From NCBI GenBank assembly GCA_964499695.1, contig CAZCMD010000005.1, positions 1,710-65,709 of the forward strand: a stretch of 64,000 nt of DNA, read 5' to 3'. Positions 20,740 through 29,096 of this stretch are shown here, in pieces (position 1 is the first letter of the stretch; every line of letters begins with the position of its first letter). Made by a program: the position numbers and the translations under genes. Under the pieces are notes generated by a model. The model made no database searches. It saw only the letters and a list, made by a program, of their open reading frames with translations, and was not told where the DNA came from. Origin of the DNA: an uncultured Desulfatiglans sp. (GTDB taxonomy: Bacteria > Desulfobacterota > DSM-4660 > Desulfatiglandales > HGW-15).

Positions 20740-22371
20740 CTAACCAAGTATGGCCTTTAAATCCTTATCCGGTGTAGAGATGGGCATAATGTTGAAATTC
20801 TTAATTAGCACATCCAGTACATTTGGTGTAATAAACGCGGGTAGAGATGGCCCGAGTCTTATATTCTTTATTCCCAGATGAAGGAGCGCAAGTAAAACAC
20901 AAACGGCCTTCTGTTCATACCATGAAATAATAAGTGACAGAGGCAGATCATTTACACCTACCTTAAAAGTACTGGCGAGGGCTGAAGCTATCTGGATAGC
21001 AGAGTATGCATCATTACACTGCCCCGCATCCAACAGCCTTGGAATACCGCCGATATCACCAAGCTCCTTATCAAAAAAGCGATATTTACCACAGGCGAGC
21101 GTTAATACGATACAGTCTCTGGGAACCTTTTCTACAAATTCGGTATAGTAATTACGTCCGGGTTTTGCCCCGTCACACCCGGCCACCAGAAAGAAATGGC
21201 GTATCGCCCCTTTTTTAACTGCCTCAATAACTTTGTCTGCCACACCAAGTACAGCGTTTCGCGCAAAACCGACAGTAACCTCTTTTTCAACGTAATCATC
21301 TATAAAGCCGGGCAGTTCAAGCGCCCTGTCAATAACCGGTTTAAAATCATGGCCCTGAATATGGGGGATATCAGGCCATCCGACCATGCCACTCGTAAAC
21401 AGGTTTTCCTTGTAAACCTTTTGAGGCAGCTGGATACAATTGGTTGTCATAAGGATTGCACCGGGAAAGTCCACAAATTCCTTTTGCTGTTTTTGCCATG
21501 CTGTACCGAATTGCCCGTAGAAATGGGGATACCTGTTTTTCAGCTTTGGATATCCATGGGTGGCAAGCATTTCACCGTGTGTGTAAATATATATGCCCTT
21601 TCCCTCGGTCTGTTTTAATATCTCCTCAAGATCTTTTAAATCATGACCTGATAAGAGGATGGCCTTTCCTTTTTTATGACCAAGAGGGACCTTTGTGGGG
21701 ACCGGATGCCCATATGTCTCTGTGTTGCCTGCATCAAGGAGCTTCATGGACTTGTATGCTGCTTCACCGCACCTTAACGCCATTTTTATCCATTCATCAA
21801 TGCCCAGGTCATTACCCTGTATCGCGGCAAGGGCCTCATGTACATATGCATAAACACTGTCATCTTCCTGCCCTAATATCAGGGCATGGTCTGTGTATGC
21901 ACTGACCCCTTTTATTCCATAAAGAACAGTATGTTTCAGAGAGAGTATGTCCGGGTTATCGGCAGGGTATGACTTTATACCAACCTGTTCTGCCTGTTTG
22001 ATCAGCGCCTGATAATCATTTTGAGGCAGGAAAGTTGCCGCACCTTCCGGCCATATTGCCTTTATACCTGATGATTCAATCTGGTTTTTAAGACGCTCAC
22101 GCAGGCTTACTGATTCATTAATCAGCCTGACAAACCGGGCAGGATCAAAATCAACATTTGTGAGGGTAGAAAAGGCAGCCTTGACAGTAAATACGTTAAC
22201 ATCTTTATCTACTATCCCGGCTTTTCGCCCTTTAGTTGCCACCTGAGACAAACCCATAAGGGAGTAGAGCAGCAAATCCTGCAGGGCTGCCACTTCAGGT
22301 AATTTTCCACATACACCCTGTACCGTGCAACCAGTGCCTTTTGCTGTCTGTTCGCATTGATAACAGAACAT
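20740..22371 (-). CDS. hcp: Hybrid-cluster protein / hydroxylamine reductase
   Basis: 543 aa with N-terminal MFCYQCEQTAKGTGCT Cys motif and a conserved C-terminal hybrid-cluster region (ACGKYRF, GQCNDAYS). Confidence 0.96.
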   Translation of the reverse strand: MFCYQCEQTAKGTGCTVQGVCGKLPEVAALQDLLLYSLMGLSQVATKGRKAGIVDKDVNVFTVKAAFSTLTNVDFDPARFVRLINESVSLRERLKNQIESSGIKAIWPEGAATFLPQNDYQALIKQAEQVGIKSYPADNPDILSLKHTVLYGIKGVSAYTDHALILGQEDDSVYAYVHEALAAIQGNDLGIDEWIKMALRCGEAAYKSMKLLDAGNTETYGHPVPTKVPLGHKKGKAILLSGHDLKDLEEILKQTEGKGIYIYTHGEMLATHGYPKLKNRYPHFYGQFGTAWQKQQKEFVDFPGAILMTTNCIQLPQKVYKENLFTSGMVGWPDIPHIQGHDFKPVIDRALELPGFIDDYVEKEVTVGFARNAVLGVADKVIEAVKKGAIRHFFLVAGCDGAKPGRNYYTEFVEKVPRDCIVLTLACGKYRFFDKELGDIGGIPRLLDAGQCNDAYSAIQIASALASTFKVGVNDLPLSLIISWYEQKAVCVLLALLHLGIKNIRLGPSLPAFITPNVLDVLIKNFNIMPISTPDKDLKAILG

Positions 22372-22420
22372 ATTTGCCTCCTTTTTTTTATATACTCTAG
22401 TGTCGCCTCATGCGTAAGTT

Positions 22421-22492
22421 GTCATCTCGACTGCAAGGAGAGATCTTGATTTTAAGCAATTTTCAAAGATTTCTCTCGTTGGTCGAAATGAC
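22421..22492. repeat. Palindromic repeat, family B (GTCATnTCG..GGAGA.. / ..TCTC..CGAnATGAC)
   Basis: gtcatctcgactgcaaggagagatct faces agatttctctcgttggtcgaaatgac. A second copy lies at 59021-59078. Confidence 0.65.
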
Positions 22493-22532
22493 ATGCAGGG
22501 ACATTACATCCTTGACATGACATTACTATACT

Positions 22533-23054
22533 CTATTCAAGCCGTTTAAAATAATACTTAACTGCCATATCGCCATAACCCATCTTACCGTCTGCAGAGG
22601 GTTTTATCTTCTCCATGCCGGGCATCGCCATCTTGTCATACTGCGGTTCAAGTATAAGTGTGTCTGCATCTTCCATATAACACTTGAAGGTCATGGTCCC
22701 CAGCATAGGAAATGCAGCTATCTTATGGTGAACAATCAGCTCTTCTCCTGTGAATTCATATGTACCGGCATCGGCCATGAACGAACGGTTTGCAGCATTG
22801 GGTTGTTCACCCGGTGCAGGTTTTGGTGTAAAATCGCGGATGGCACTGTAATGCTTTTTCATAATATAGATCATGAACTGTGCGTCATCCCTGTTTCTCC
22901 TGTTTTCTCCAATCCCCACATCCATGTTTTTTAAGCTCCATACACCCTGGATTTTATTAGCATCGGCCTTAATTACCTTTTTTGGTTCTCCTGCCTGGAC
23001 AGTTAAAAAGGAAAAAACAATCAATAGAAATAGGATAAAAATTGGACGCTTCAT
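22533..23054 (-). CDS. Secreted lipocalin-like-domain protein
   Basis: 173 aa with a signal peptide. GVWSL near the N-terminus and a GTYEFTGEELIVHH..P..G pattern typical of lipocalin-like domains. Confidence 0.5.
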   Translation of the reverse strand: MKRPIFILFLLIVFSFLTVQAGEPKKVIKADANKIQGVWSLKNMDVGIGENRRNRDDAQFMIYIMKKHYSAIRDFTPKPAPGEQPNAANRSFMADAGTYEFTGEELIVHHKIAAFPMLGTMTFKCYMEDADTLILEPQYDKMAMPGMEKIKPSADGKMGYGDMAVKYYFKRLE

Positions 23055-23196
23055 AGCATTTCTCCTTCATTTAAAATTTAGTATGGTTAATAATAAAAAA
23101 ACTTCTTAACAAAATACACCCTCCTCCTGATTTATGGAAGTATTTTATTGATACAAAACAACTGTAAAATATCCCTGTAAAGCAAAGTCATTATTT

Positions 23197-23266
23197 AAAA
23201 GTCAGATATGTTAAAAAAATAATCTTATTCGCTATTGTTTGCCAGAAATATCTCATCTATATTCAC
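23197..23266 (+). promoter_or_regulatory. Promoter/operator block, copy 1 (upstream of the HGSNAT-like gene)
   Basis: 60/70 positions identical (ungapped hand alignment) to 29001-29070. Contains -35 TTGTTT (23235-23240), a 17-nt spacer and -10 TATATT (23258-23263). Confidence 0.55.
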
Positions 23267-23276
23267 ATAAAACATA

Positions 23277-24410
23277 ATGGGAGGATCTCATATGGGTATA
23301 CCCAAGTCCGAAAGGCTGCTCTCCCTGGATATCTTCAGGGGGATAACTATCATGGGGATGATTCTTGTAAATAATCCCGGTTCCCGTTCGGCTGTCTATT
23401 CACCGTTGCAGCATGCCAGGTGGTTTGGCTGCACCCCGACTGATCTTATCTTTCCCTTTTTCATTTTTATCACCGGTGTGACAACCGTCTTTTCTCTGGG
23501 CAGATACAAGGATGCCGGGATTAAAGCAGATGTGTATCTCAGGGTGTTGAGAAGAAGTTTGATCCTTTTTTTTCTTGGGTTATTTTATGACGGGTTTCCC
23601 TATTTTGATTTGAGCACAATACGAATCCCCGGGGTACTGCAAAGGATTGCCCTTGTTTATTTTTTTACCTCCCTCATCTTTTTACATTTTAAAAGAGAAC
23701 ATATCCTTTATGTGATTATCGCTCTTTTATTAGGCTACTGGGGCTTAATGACCCTTGTGCCTGTGCCAGGCACAGGCACACCCAGCCTGGAGCCCTCTGC
23801 CAATCTGGGTGCATGGCTTGACAGGCTGCTTCTGGATGGGCATCTCTGGGCCTTTTCAAAGACATGGGACCCTGAAGGTTTGCTTGGCACCCTGCCTGCA
23901 ATAGGAACCTCGTTAATAGGTCTATCTGCCGGGTATCTCCTTAACAGTTCAACTGACAAGGCGATAAAAACAGTCCGGTTATTTTTATACGGGACCCTTC
24001 TCATGGCCCTTGGCTATATCTGGAATTTCTGGTTCCCCATAGGTAAAAGTCTCTGGACAAGTTCCTATGTCTGTTTAACAGGTGGCTTAGTGCTGCTGTT
24101 TTTAGGGTTCTGCTTTTGGACAATAGATGTAAACAATAAGAAATGGTGGATAAAGCCATTTCATATCATGGGGACAAACGCAATTGCCGCATATTTCCTC
24201 TCAAGTCTCGTAGCAAAATGCCTTTATCTGATAAAAACTACAGACACCGCCGGTAATACAGTAGTGTTAAAAGATATGATCTATAATAATATCTTAATGC
24301 CGATAGCGCGCCCCATAAATGCCTCTCTGCTTTTTGCCCTCTGTTATGTGCTCTTTTGGCTCTTTATAATGTGGCTTTTTTACAGGCGAAATATTTTTAT
24401 TAAAGTATAA
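23277..24410 (+). CDS. HGSNAT-like / DUF5009 acyltransferase-family polytopic membrane protein
   Basis: N-terminus RLLSLDIFRGITIMGMILVNNPGS..YSPLQHARWFGCTPTDLIFPFFIFITG is typical of the heparan-alpha-glucosaminide N-acetyltransferase-like family, with about 10 TM segments. The likely true start is ATG 23292, preceded by SD gggagga. Confidence 0.8.
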   Translation: MGGSHMGIPKSERLLSLDIFRGITIMGMILVNNPGSRSAVYSPLQHARWFGCTPTDLIFPFFIFITGVTTVFSLGRYKDAGIKADVYLRVLRRSLILFFLGLFYDGFPYFDLSTIRIPGVLQRIALVYFFTSLIFLHFKREHILYVIIALLLGYWGLMTLVPVPGTGTPSLEPSANLGAWLDRLLLDGHLWAFSKTWDPEGLLGTLPAIGTSLIGLSAGYLLNSSTDKAIKTVRLFLYGTLLMALGYIWNFWFPIGKSLWTSSYVCLTGGLVLLFLGFCFWTIDVNNKKWWIKPFHIMGTNAIAAYFLSSLVAKCLYLIKTTDTAGNTVVLKDMIYNNILMPIARPINASLLFALCYVLFWLFIMWLFYRRNIFIKV

Positions 24411-24414
24411 ATGG

Positions 24415-26612
24415 ATGTTTATGAAACTCATTTATATGCTGATTATTTTACTATTGGTTCAACCGTTAGACCTCTTTGCATCAGAATCAATAAAAAGGCT
24501 GATCGATCGAATCCTGCCCGGACATGGGGAGAGCTTTGTTATCGAGACGATTACTGCCCCTGATAACCAGAATGTATATGAGGTTGAGGGCCTTAACGGG
24601 AAGATAGTCCTGCGTGGTGATAGCCCTCTGTCACAGGCCGTAGCATTCAACTGGTATCTTAAAAACTGTGTGCGCATCTCTGTCTCGTGGTATGCGGATG
24701 ACCCCGTGGCAATCCCAAAAAAACTGCCTGTACCGGTAAATAAGGTACATAAGAGCACAAGGCTTAAGCAGAGGTTCTTTCTGAACTATTGCACCTTCGG
24801 TTACACCATGCCCTTCTGGCAATGGCATGACTGGGAAAGGTTTATAGACTGGATGGCACTAAACGGTATCAGCATGCCGCTTGCGCAGAATGGAAATGAG
24901 TATGTCTGGCAGAAGGTGTGGAGAGGTTTCGGGCTCAATGATGATGGGATCCGCTCATACTTTACCGGGCCTGCCCATCTGCCCTGGCACAGGATGGTAA
25001 ATATTGATAAATGGGAAGGCCCGTTACCGCAATCATTTATAGAGGGCCAGCATGACCTGCAAAAGAAAATCCTTGCGCGGGAAAGAGAATTGGGGATGAG
25101 GCCCGTGCTGTGTGCATTCTCAGGTCATGTGCCAGAGGCATTAAAGGTGCATCACCCTGAATTCAGGATCGGGCGCATTGCCCCGGGATGGGGAGGCTTT
25201 GGGCCTGATTATACCTGCCACTTTCTTGACCCGCTTGATCCGGTCTTTAAAGAGATACAGGTAAAATTCCTGAAAGAACAGGAGAAGGAATACGGTACAA
25301 ATCATTATTACGGCACAGACCCATTTAATGAGATAAAACCCCCGAGCTGGGAGCCCTCCTATCTTGCAAGTGTCTCAAAGGCAATCTATGACGGTTTGAT
25401 TAGTGCTGATCCTGAGGCTGTATGGCTTCAGATGGCATGGACATTCTTTTATGATAAAGAACACTGGAACAATGAAAGACTCTCTACCATGATCCGGGCC
25501 GTCCCACCTGGACGTATGGTGCTCATCGATTATGTGTGCGAGAACGAGGAGATATTCAGAAGTACAAAGGCATTTTACGGCGCACCTTTCATCTGGAGCT
25601 ATCTCGGGAATTTTGGCGGAAATACCCACCTTGTAGGCCCCATAAATAAGATCAACCAGCGTCTCACAACAGCAATGAATGACACTTCCCTAATAAACCT
25701 TGCCGGTGTGGGCGCAACACTTGAAGGTCTTAATAATCCTGTGGTGTACGAACTCCTATTAGATCGTGTGTGGCAGGGCGAACAGATGGATATAAATAGA
25801 TGGATCAAAAACAACTCTCATGCTCGCGCAGGCGGAGAGGATGTAAATGTGGAAAAGGCATGGGCGATCCTCGCTGAAAAGGTGCTTGTGGATAACACAA
25901 ACCCGATACTGGGTCACGGGGTAATTTTTCAGTCAAGCAATCCGTCCCTTAACGAGACCGGAGACTGGAAGACCAACCCTGCTATTGATTATGATAACAT
26001 AGACCTTTTGCGTGCATGGGAGCTGCTCCTCATGGCTGACACTCCCTCCCGAAAAAATTCCGCATACAGGCGCGACCTTCTGGATGTAACGCGCCAGTGC
26101 CTGGGTAATCTCGGCATGGCGCTGATTAAAAAATGGCCAAAGCATATGAGAAAAAGGATATAAAAGCCTTTGAGGAGGCGGCAGAAATATTTATGGCACT
26201 GGGGCGTGACATTGATATGCTGCTTTCAACACGAAGCGAGTTCACGCTAGGTAAATGGATCAGTGATGCGAAATCATGGGCGGCTCGCGATACAGAAAAG
26301 GCCTACTATGAGAAGAATGCACGGACCATCATCACCATATGGGGTGGTAACGGAGAGCTACTCGATTATGCAAACAGGCAGTGGAGCGGGTTGATGGGGG
26401 ATTACTATCTTCCGCGCTGGCAGATCTTTCTAGATGCGATACTTACAGAGTTAAAGGGAGTAAAGGCGGTTGATCGCAAGGCCCTGGAAAAGAGGTGGCG
26501 TGATCATGAGATGCGGTTTGTAAAGAGTGTTACAGACAGCTATGCACATAAACCTGATGGAGATTGTTATTCCATGAGTCTTGCGTTATATAAAAAATAC
26601 TGCGTCCGATGA
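24415..26612 (+). pseudogene. GH89 alpha-N-acetylglucosaminidase (NAGLU-like), secreted, split by an apparent frameshift in an A6 run
   Basis: ORF 24415-26163 has a signal peptide plus NAGLU N-terminal and TIM-barrel regions (FLNYCTFGYTMPFW, PAHLPWHRM, GNFGGN). ORF 26133-26612 is the NAGLU C-terminal domain (LLDYANRQWSGLMGDYYLPRW) in another frame. A 7th A at 26128-26133 would give ..ALIKKMAKAYEKKD.. Confidence 0.8.
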
Positions 26613-26671
26613 TTTGAAAGTATTCGGCGTTCAAGGTTAAAACATAATATTGTTGAAATAGCTATTTTGCT

Positions 26672-26795
26672 GGAACCCCTCCCCCTTGATGGGGGAGGCT
26701 GGGAGAGGGTGAAAAGAATCAGCGCATGGAAATCTACTCCATATAACTAAATAATTTCTCCCCCTCCCTGATCCCTCCCACCAGGGGAGGGAACC
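26672..26795. repeat. GC-rich composite hairpin repeat, family C
   Basis: ggaacccctcccccttgatgggggaggctgggagagggtga ... tctccccctccctgatccctcccaccaggggagggaacc. Contains two local hairpins (cctccccc/gggggagg and ccctcc/ggaggg). Confidence 0.55.
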
Positions 26796-26866
26796 AAATA
26801 AAAGAGAAATTTATTAAGTCAACCTTATCGAGAATAAAATCCCTTGTTTATTAAAAGGATACAGGA

Positions 26867-28123
26867 ATGAATACCAATAGAATCTACAACACATATCTGA
26901 AAAAGATACTGATACTTTTTATATTACTGAGCTGTTTACTGACAACCGTAAACGCCCAACAGAAAAATGAACATGCCGGACTCATAATAGAAAGCAAGGT
27001 GTTCCCTTTTATCACCTCCCTGAAAAACAGGCCAGAGGTATTAAAAATATTAATTGAAAACCGTGAGCTAAAAAGGTTAGCGAATCAGCATAAGGACCGT
27101 ATCAAGATTGCCTTAAAACAGTGTAACGATACAGTCTGTTATGCAAATGCCATTAAGTGGACCCAGGATGAGGTAACTGCTGCTGGCAATGAACTGATTA
27201 AACTCTCCGGGCAAAATGAACAATTCAGGATACTCATCTCAGCACTCAGGGCATCAGGGTCTTATAATCTCTATGCCTCATACAATGATCCTGAATTTAT
27301 CAAGGCAGCATGGAATAATGTGGCAGAGGGAGTGACCCATATCCTTGATGTCTATATCAGGGGCAAACAACCCTTTTATGCTGCAACAGACTCCATCTCA
27401 TTTGCACCTGATGATGAAGGGTTCATTAAAAGTATAAAAGCCTTGCTTGAAAGTGAATCAACAGACATGGATAGCAATGCCTTTTTTGAGGTGCCGGTTA
27501 ATATGGCCATAAATGCCCTTATCCTGAACAAACGGGATGAGGCGGCACGCTATGAGCCACTTGAAGAAGGCATGAATAAAACCGCTTTTGAAAACATCAG
27601 AAATATAAACTGGAAAAATTATCCATACAGCATGATCCTTGTACCCGGAAAAGGGCCTGAAAAGGAGGGCATTACCATTGACCCTCAGAACATTATCAGG
27701 TGCAGGATGGCAGCAGAATATTTTATAAAGGGGGCTGCACCCTTTATTATTGTTTCAGGCGGCCATGTAAGCCCCAGTCAGACTCCCTTTTGCGAGGCGG
27801 TAGAGATGAAAAAATATATGGTGAAGGAGCTTTCTATTCCGGAGGATGCTGTATTTATAGAGCCCCATGCGCGCCATACTACAACCAATATGAGGAACAC
27901 AGCCCGCATGATCTACCGCTTTAATATGCCCGCTAACAAAAAGATCGTTATTATTACTGATTCAGGCCAGAACGGATTTATAGACAAGATGGAAAAAAGG
28001 TTTATGACGGAGCTTGGGTGTGTTCCTTACCGTGAACTTAAAAAATTGAGCGAGAACACAAGCGAGTATCTGCCTGACAGGAATGCCCTCCAGTGCAATC
28101 CAATAGACCCCCTTGATCCATAA
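26867..28123 (+). CDS. Secreted DUF218 (ElyC/YdcF/SanA-family) protein with an N-terminal extension
   Basis: 418 aa with a signal peptide. C-terminal DUF218 pattern (YSMILVPGKGPE, IIVSGGHV, EAVEMKKYM, IEPHARHTTTNMRN). Confidence 0.7.
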   Translation: MNTNRIYNTYLKKILILFILLSCLLTTVNAQQKNEHAGLIIESKVFPFITSLKNRPEVLKILIENRELKRLANQHKDRIKIALKQCNDTVCYANAIKWTQDEVTAAGNELIKLSGQNEQFRILISALRASGSYNLYASYNDPEFIKAAWNNVAEGVTHILDVYIRGKQPFYAATDSISFAPDDEGFIKSIKALLESESTDMDSNAFFEVPVNMAINALILNKRDEAARYEPLEEGMNKTAFENIRNINWKNYPYSMILVPGKGPEKEGITIDPQNIIRCRMAAEYFIKGAAPFIIVSGGHVSPSQTPFCEAVEMKKYMVKELSIPEDAVFIEPHARHTTTNMRNTARMIYRFNMPANKKIVIITDSGQNGFIDKMEKRFMTELGCVPYRELKKLSENTSEYLPDRNALQCNPIDPLDP

Positions 28124-28996
28124 TCACCTTTTAAGCCTCTTTCTGAAATCCGAGGGGCTTTTAAGTGTGATACTGCGAAAACTCCTGCTGAAACTGTAGA
28201 TGGAATTGAACCCGCACTTGTCCGCTATCCTTGAGACAGGGAGATCGGAGTTGTGGAGCAGGGCGCATGCCCTTTGTACGCGTGTCCTCCTGATGAATTC
28301 GCCCAGGCTGATATTTACCGCATCCCTGAACCTGCTCCTTAAACGGCTCTGGGATATGGCAAGTGTCTCTGCAAGGTCAGAGATGCTAACCGGCTTTTCT
28401 ATATTGTTATAGACATAATTCATAACACGCTGGATAAACGAACGGTCCGGGTGATCCGGCCCCTGTTTTTTCTTAACCCCTTTTATAACGGTCTGCTGCC
28501 TTTTAAGGAGGCTCACAAGCAGGAGCCCCAGTTCAAGCGGGGCCTCTGAACCGTCTACAAGCCCTTTTTCATACCAGAGGCTGAACATCTGAATAAGGTC
28601 TCTGAGCTTTTCCTGTTCAAATTCATTGAATGTAAAAGGGATGCCCTTCATGGGCTGTAGCTGGGATGCCTCCCTGAGCTCAAAGGTGGTAAAAAGCCAT
28701 GAGACATTCGCAGGATTACTGAACCGCGTATAATAGTGGCTCTGGTATGGAAAGATCAGCATGCCCTGCCCCGGCTTAAGCCGCAGGAGCTCACCGTCAA
28801 CGATCACATGGCCCGGTTCCCTGATAACAAATATCAGCACAAAACGGTGGTGTATCTCCTTCTCCGCTTCAAGCTGCCTTGTCCTGTGGAACTGAAGGAT
28901 ATTCTCAGGGAGCAGGGTCAGGCCCGCCTGAATCCCTGCAAAGTAATTATCAGGCTCATTGTACTTTTTCAGTAGTTCCTGAATGCTGTTATCCAT
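28124..28996 (-). CDS. AraC-family transcriptional regulator
   Basis: 290 aa with a cupin-like N-terminal half and a C-terminal double HTH (ISDLAETLAISQSRLRSRFRD..RIADKCGFNSIYSFSRSFR). Confidence 0.9.
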   Translation of the reverse strand: MDNSIQELLKKYNEPDNYFAGIQAGLTLLPENILQFHRTRQLEAEKEIHHRFVLIFVIREPGHVIVDGELLRLKPGQGMLIFPYQSHYYTRFSNPANVSWLFTTFELREASQLQPMKGIPFTFNEFEQEKLRDLIQMFSLWYEKGLVDGSEAPLELGLLLVSLLKRQQTVIKGVKKKQGPDHPDRSFIQRVMNYVYNNIEKPVSISDLAETLAISQSRLRSRFRDAVNISLGEFIRRTRVQRACALLHNSDLPVSRIADKCGFNSIYSFSRSFRSITLKSPSDFRKRLKR

Positions 28997-29000
28997 AATA

Positions 29001-29070
29001 AAAAGTCGGATATGTTAAAAAAATGATCTTTCTCGCTATTGTTTGCCAAAATTAACTCATTTATAGTCCC
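29001..29070 (+). promoter_or_regulatory. Promoter/operator block, copy 2 (araC / nagB-fusion divergent region)
   Basis: 60/70 identical to 23197-23266. Contains -35 TTGTTT (29039-29044), a 17-nt spacer and -10 TATAGT (29062-29067). Begins 5 nt from the AraC start codon. Confidence 0.55.
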
Positions 29071-29096
29071 TTTCAAAACTTTTTAAAAGAAATAAA

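Noticed and set aside
22421-22492. Palindrome upstream of hcp as an HcpR/FNR-type operator
   Set aside because: A closely related palindrome recurs between pspC and blc (59021-59078), so it is a dispersed repeat. No TTGTGA-N6-TCACAA-like site was seen.
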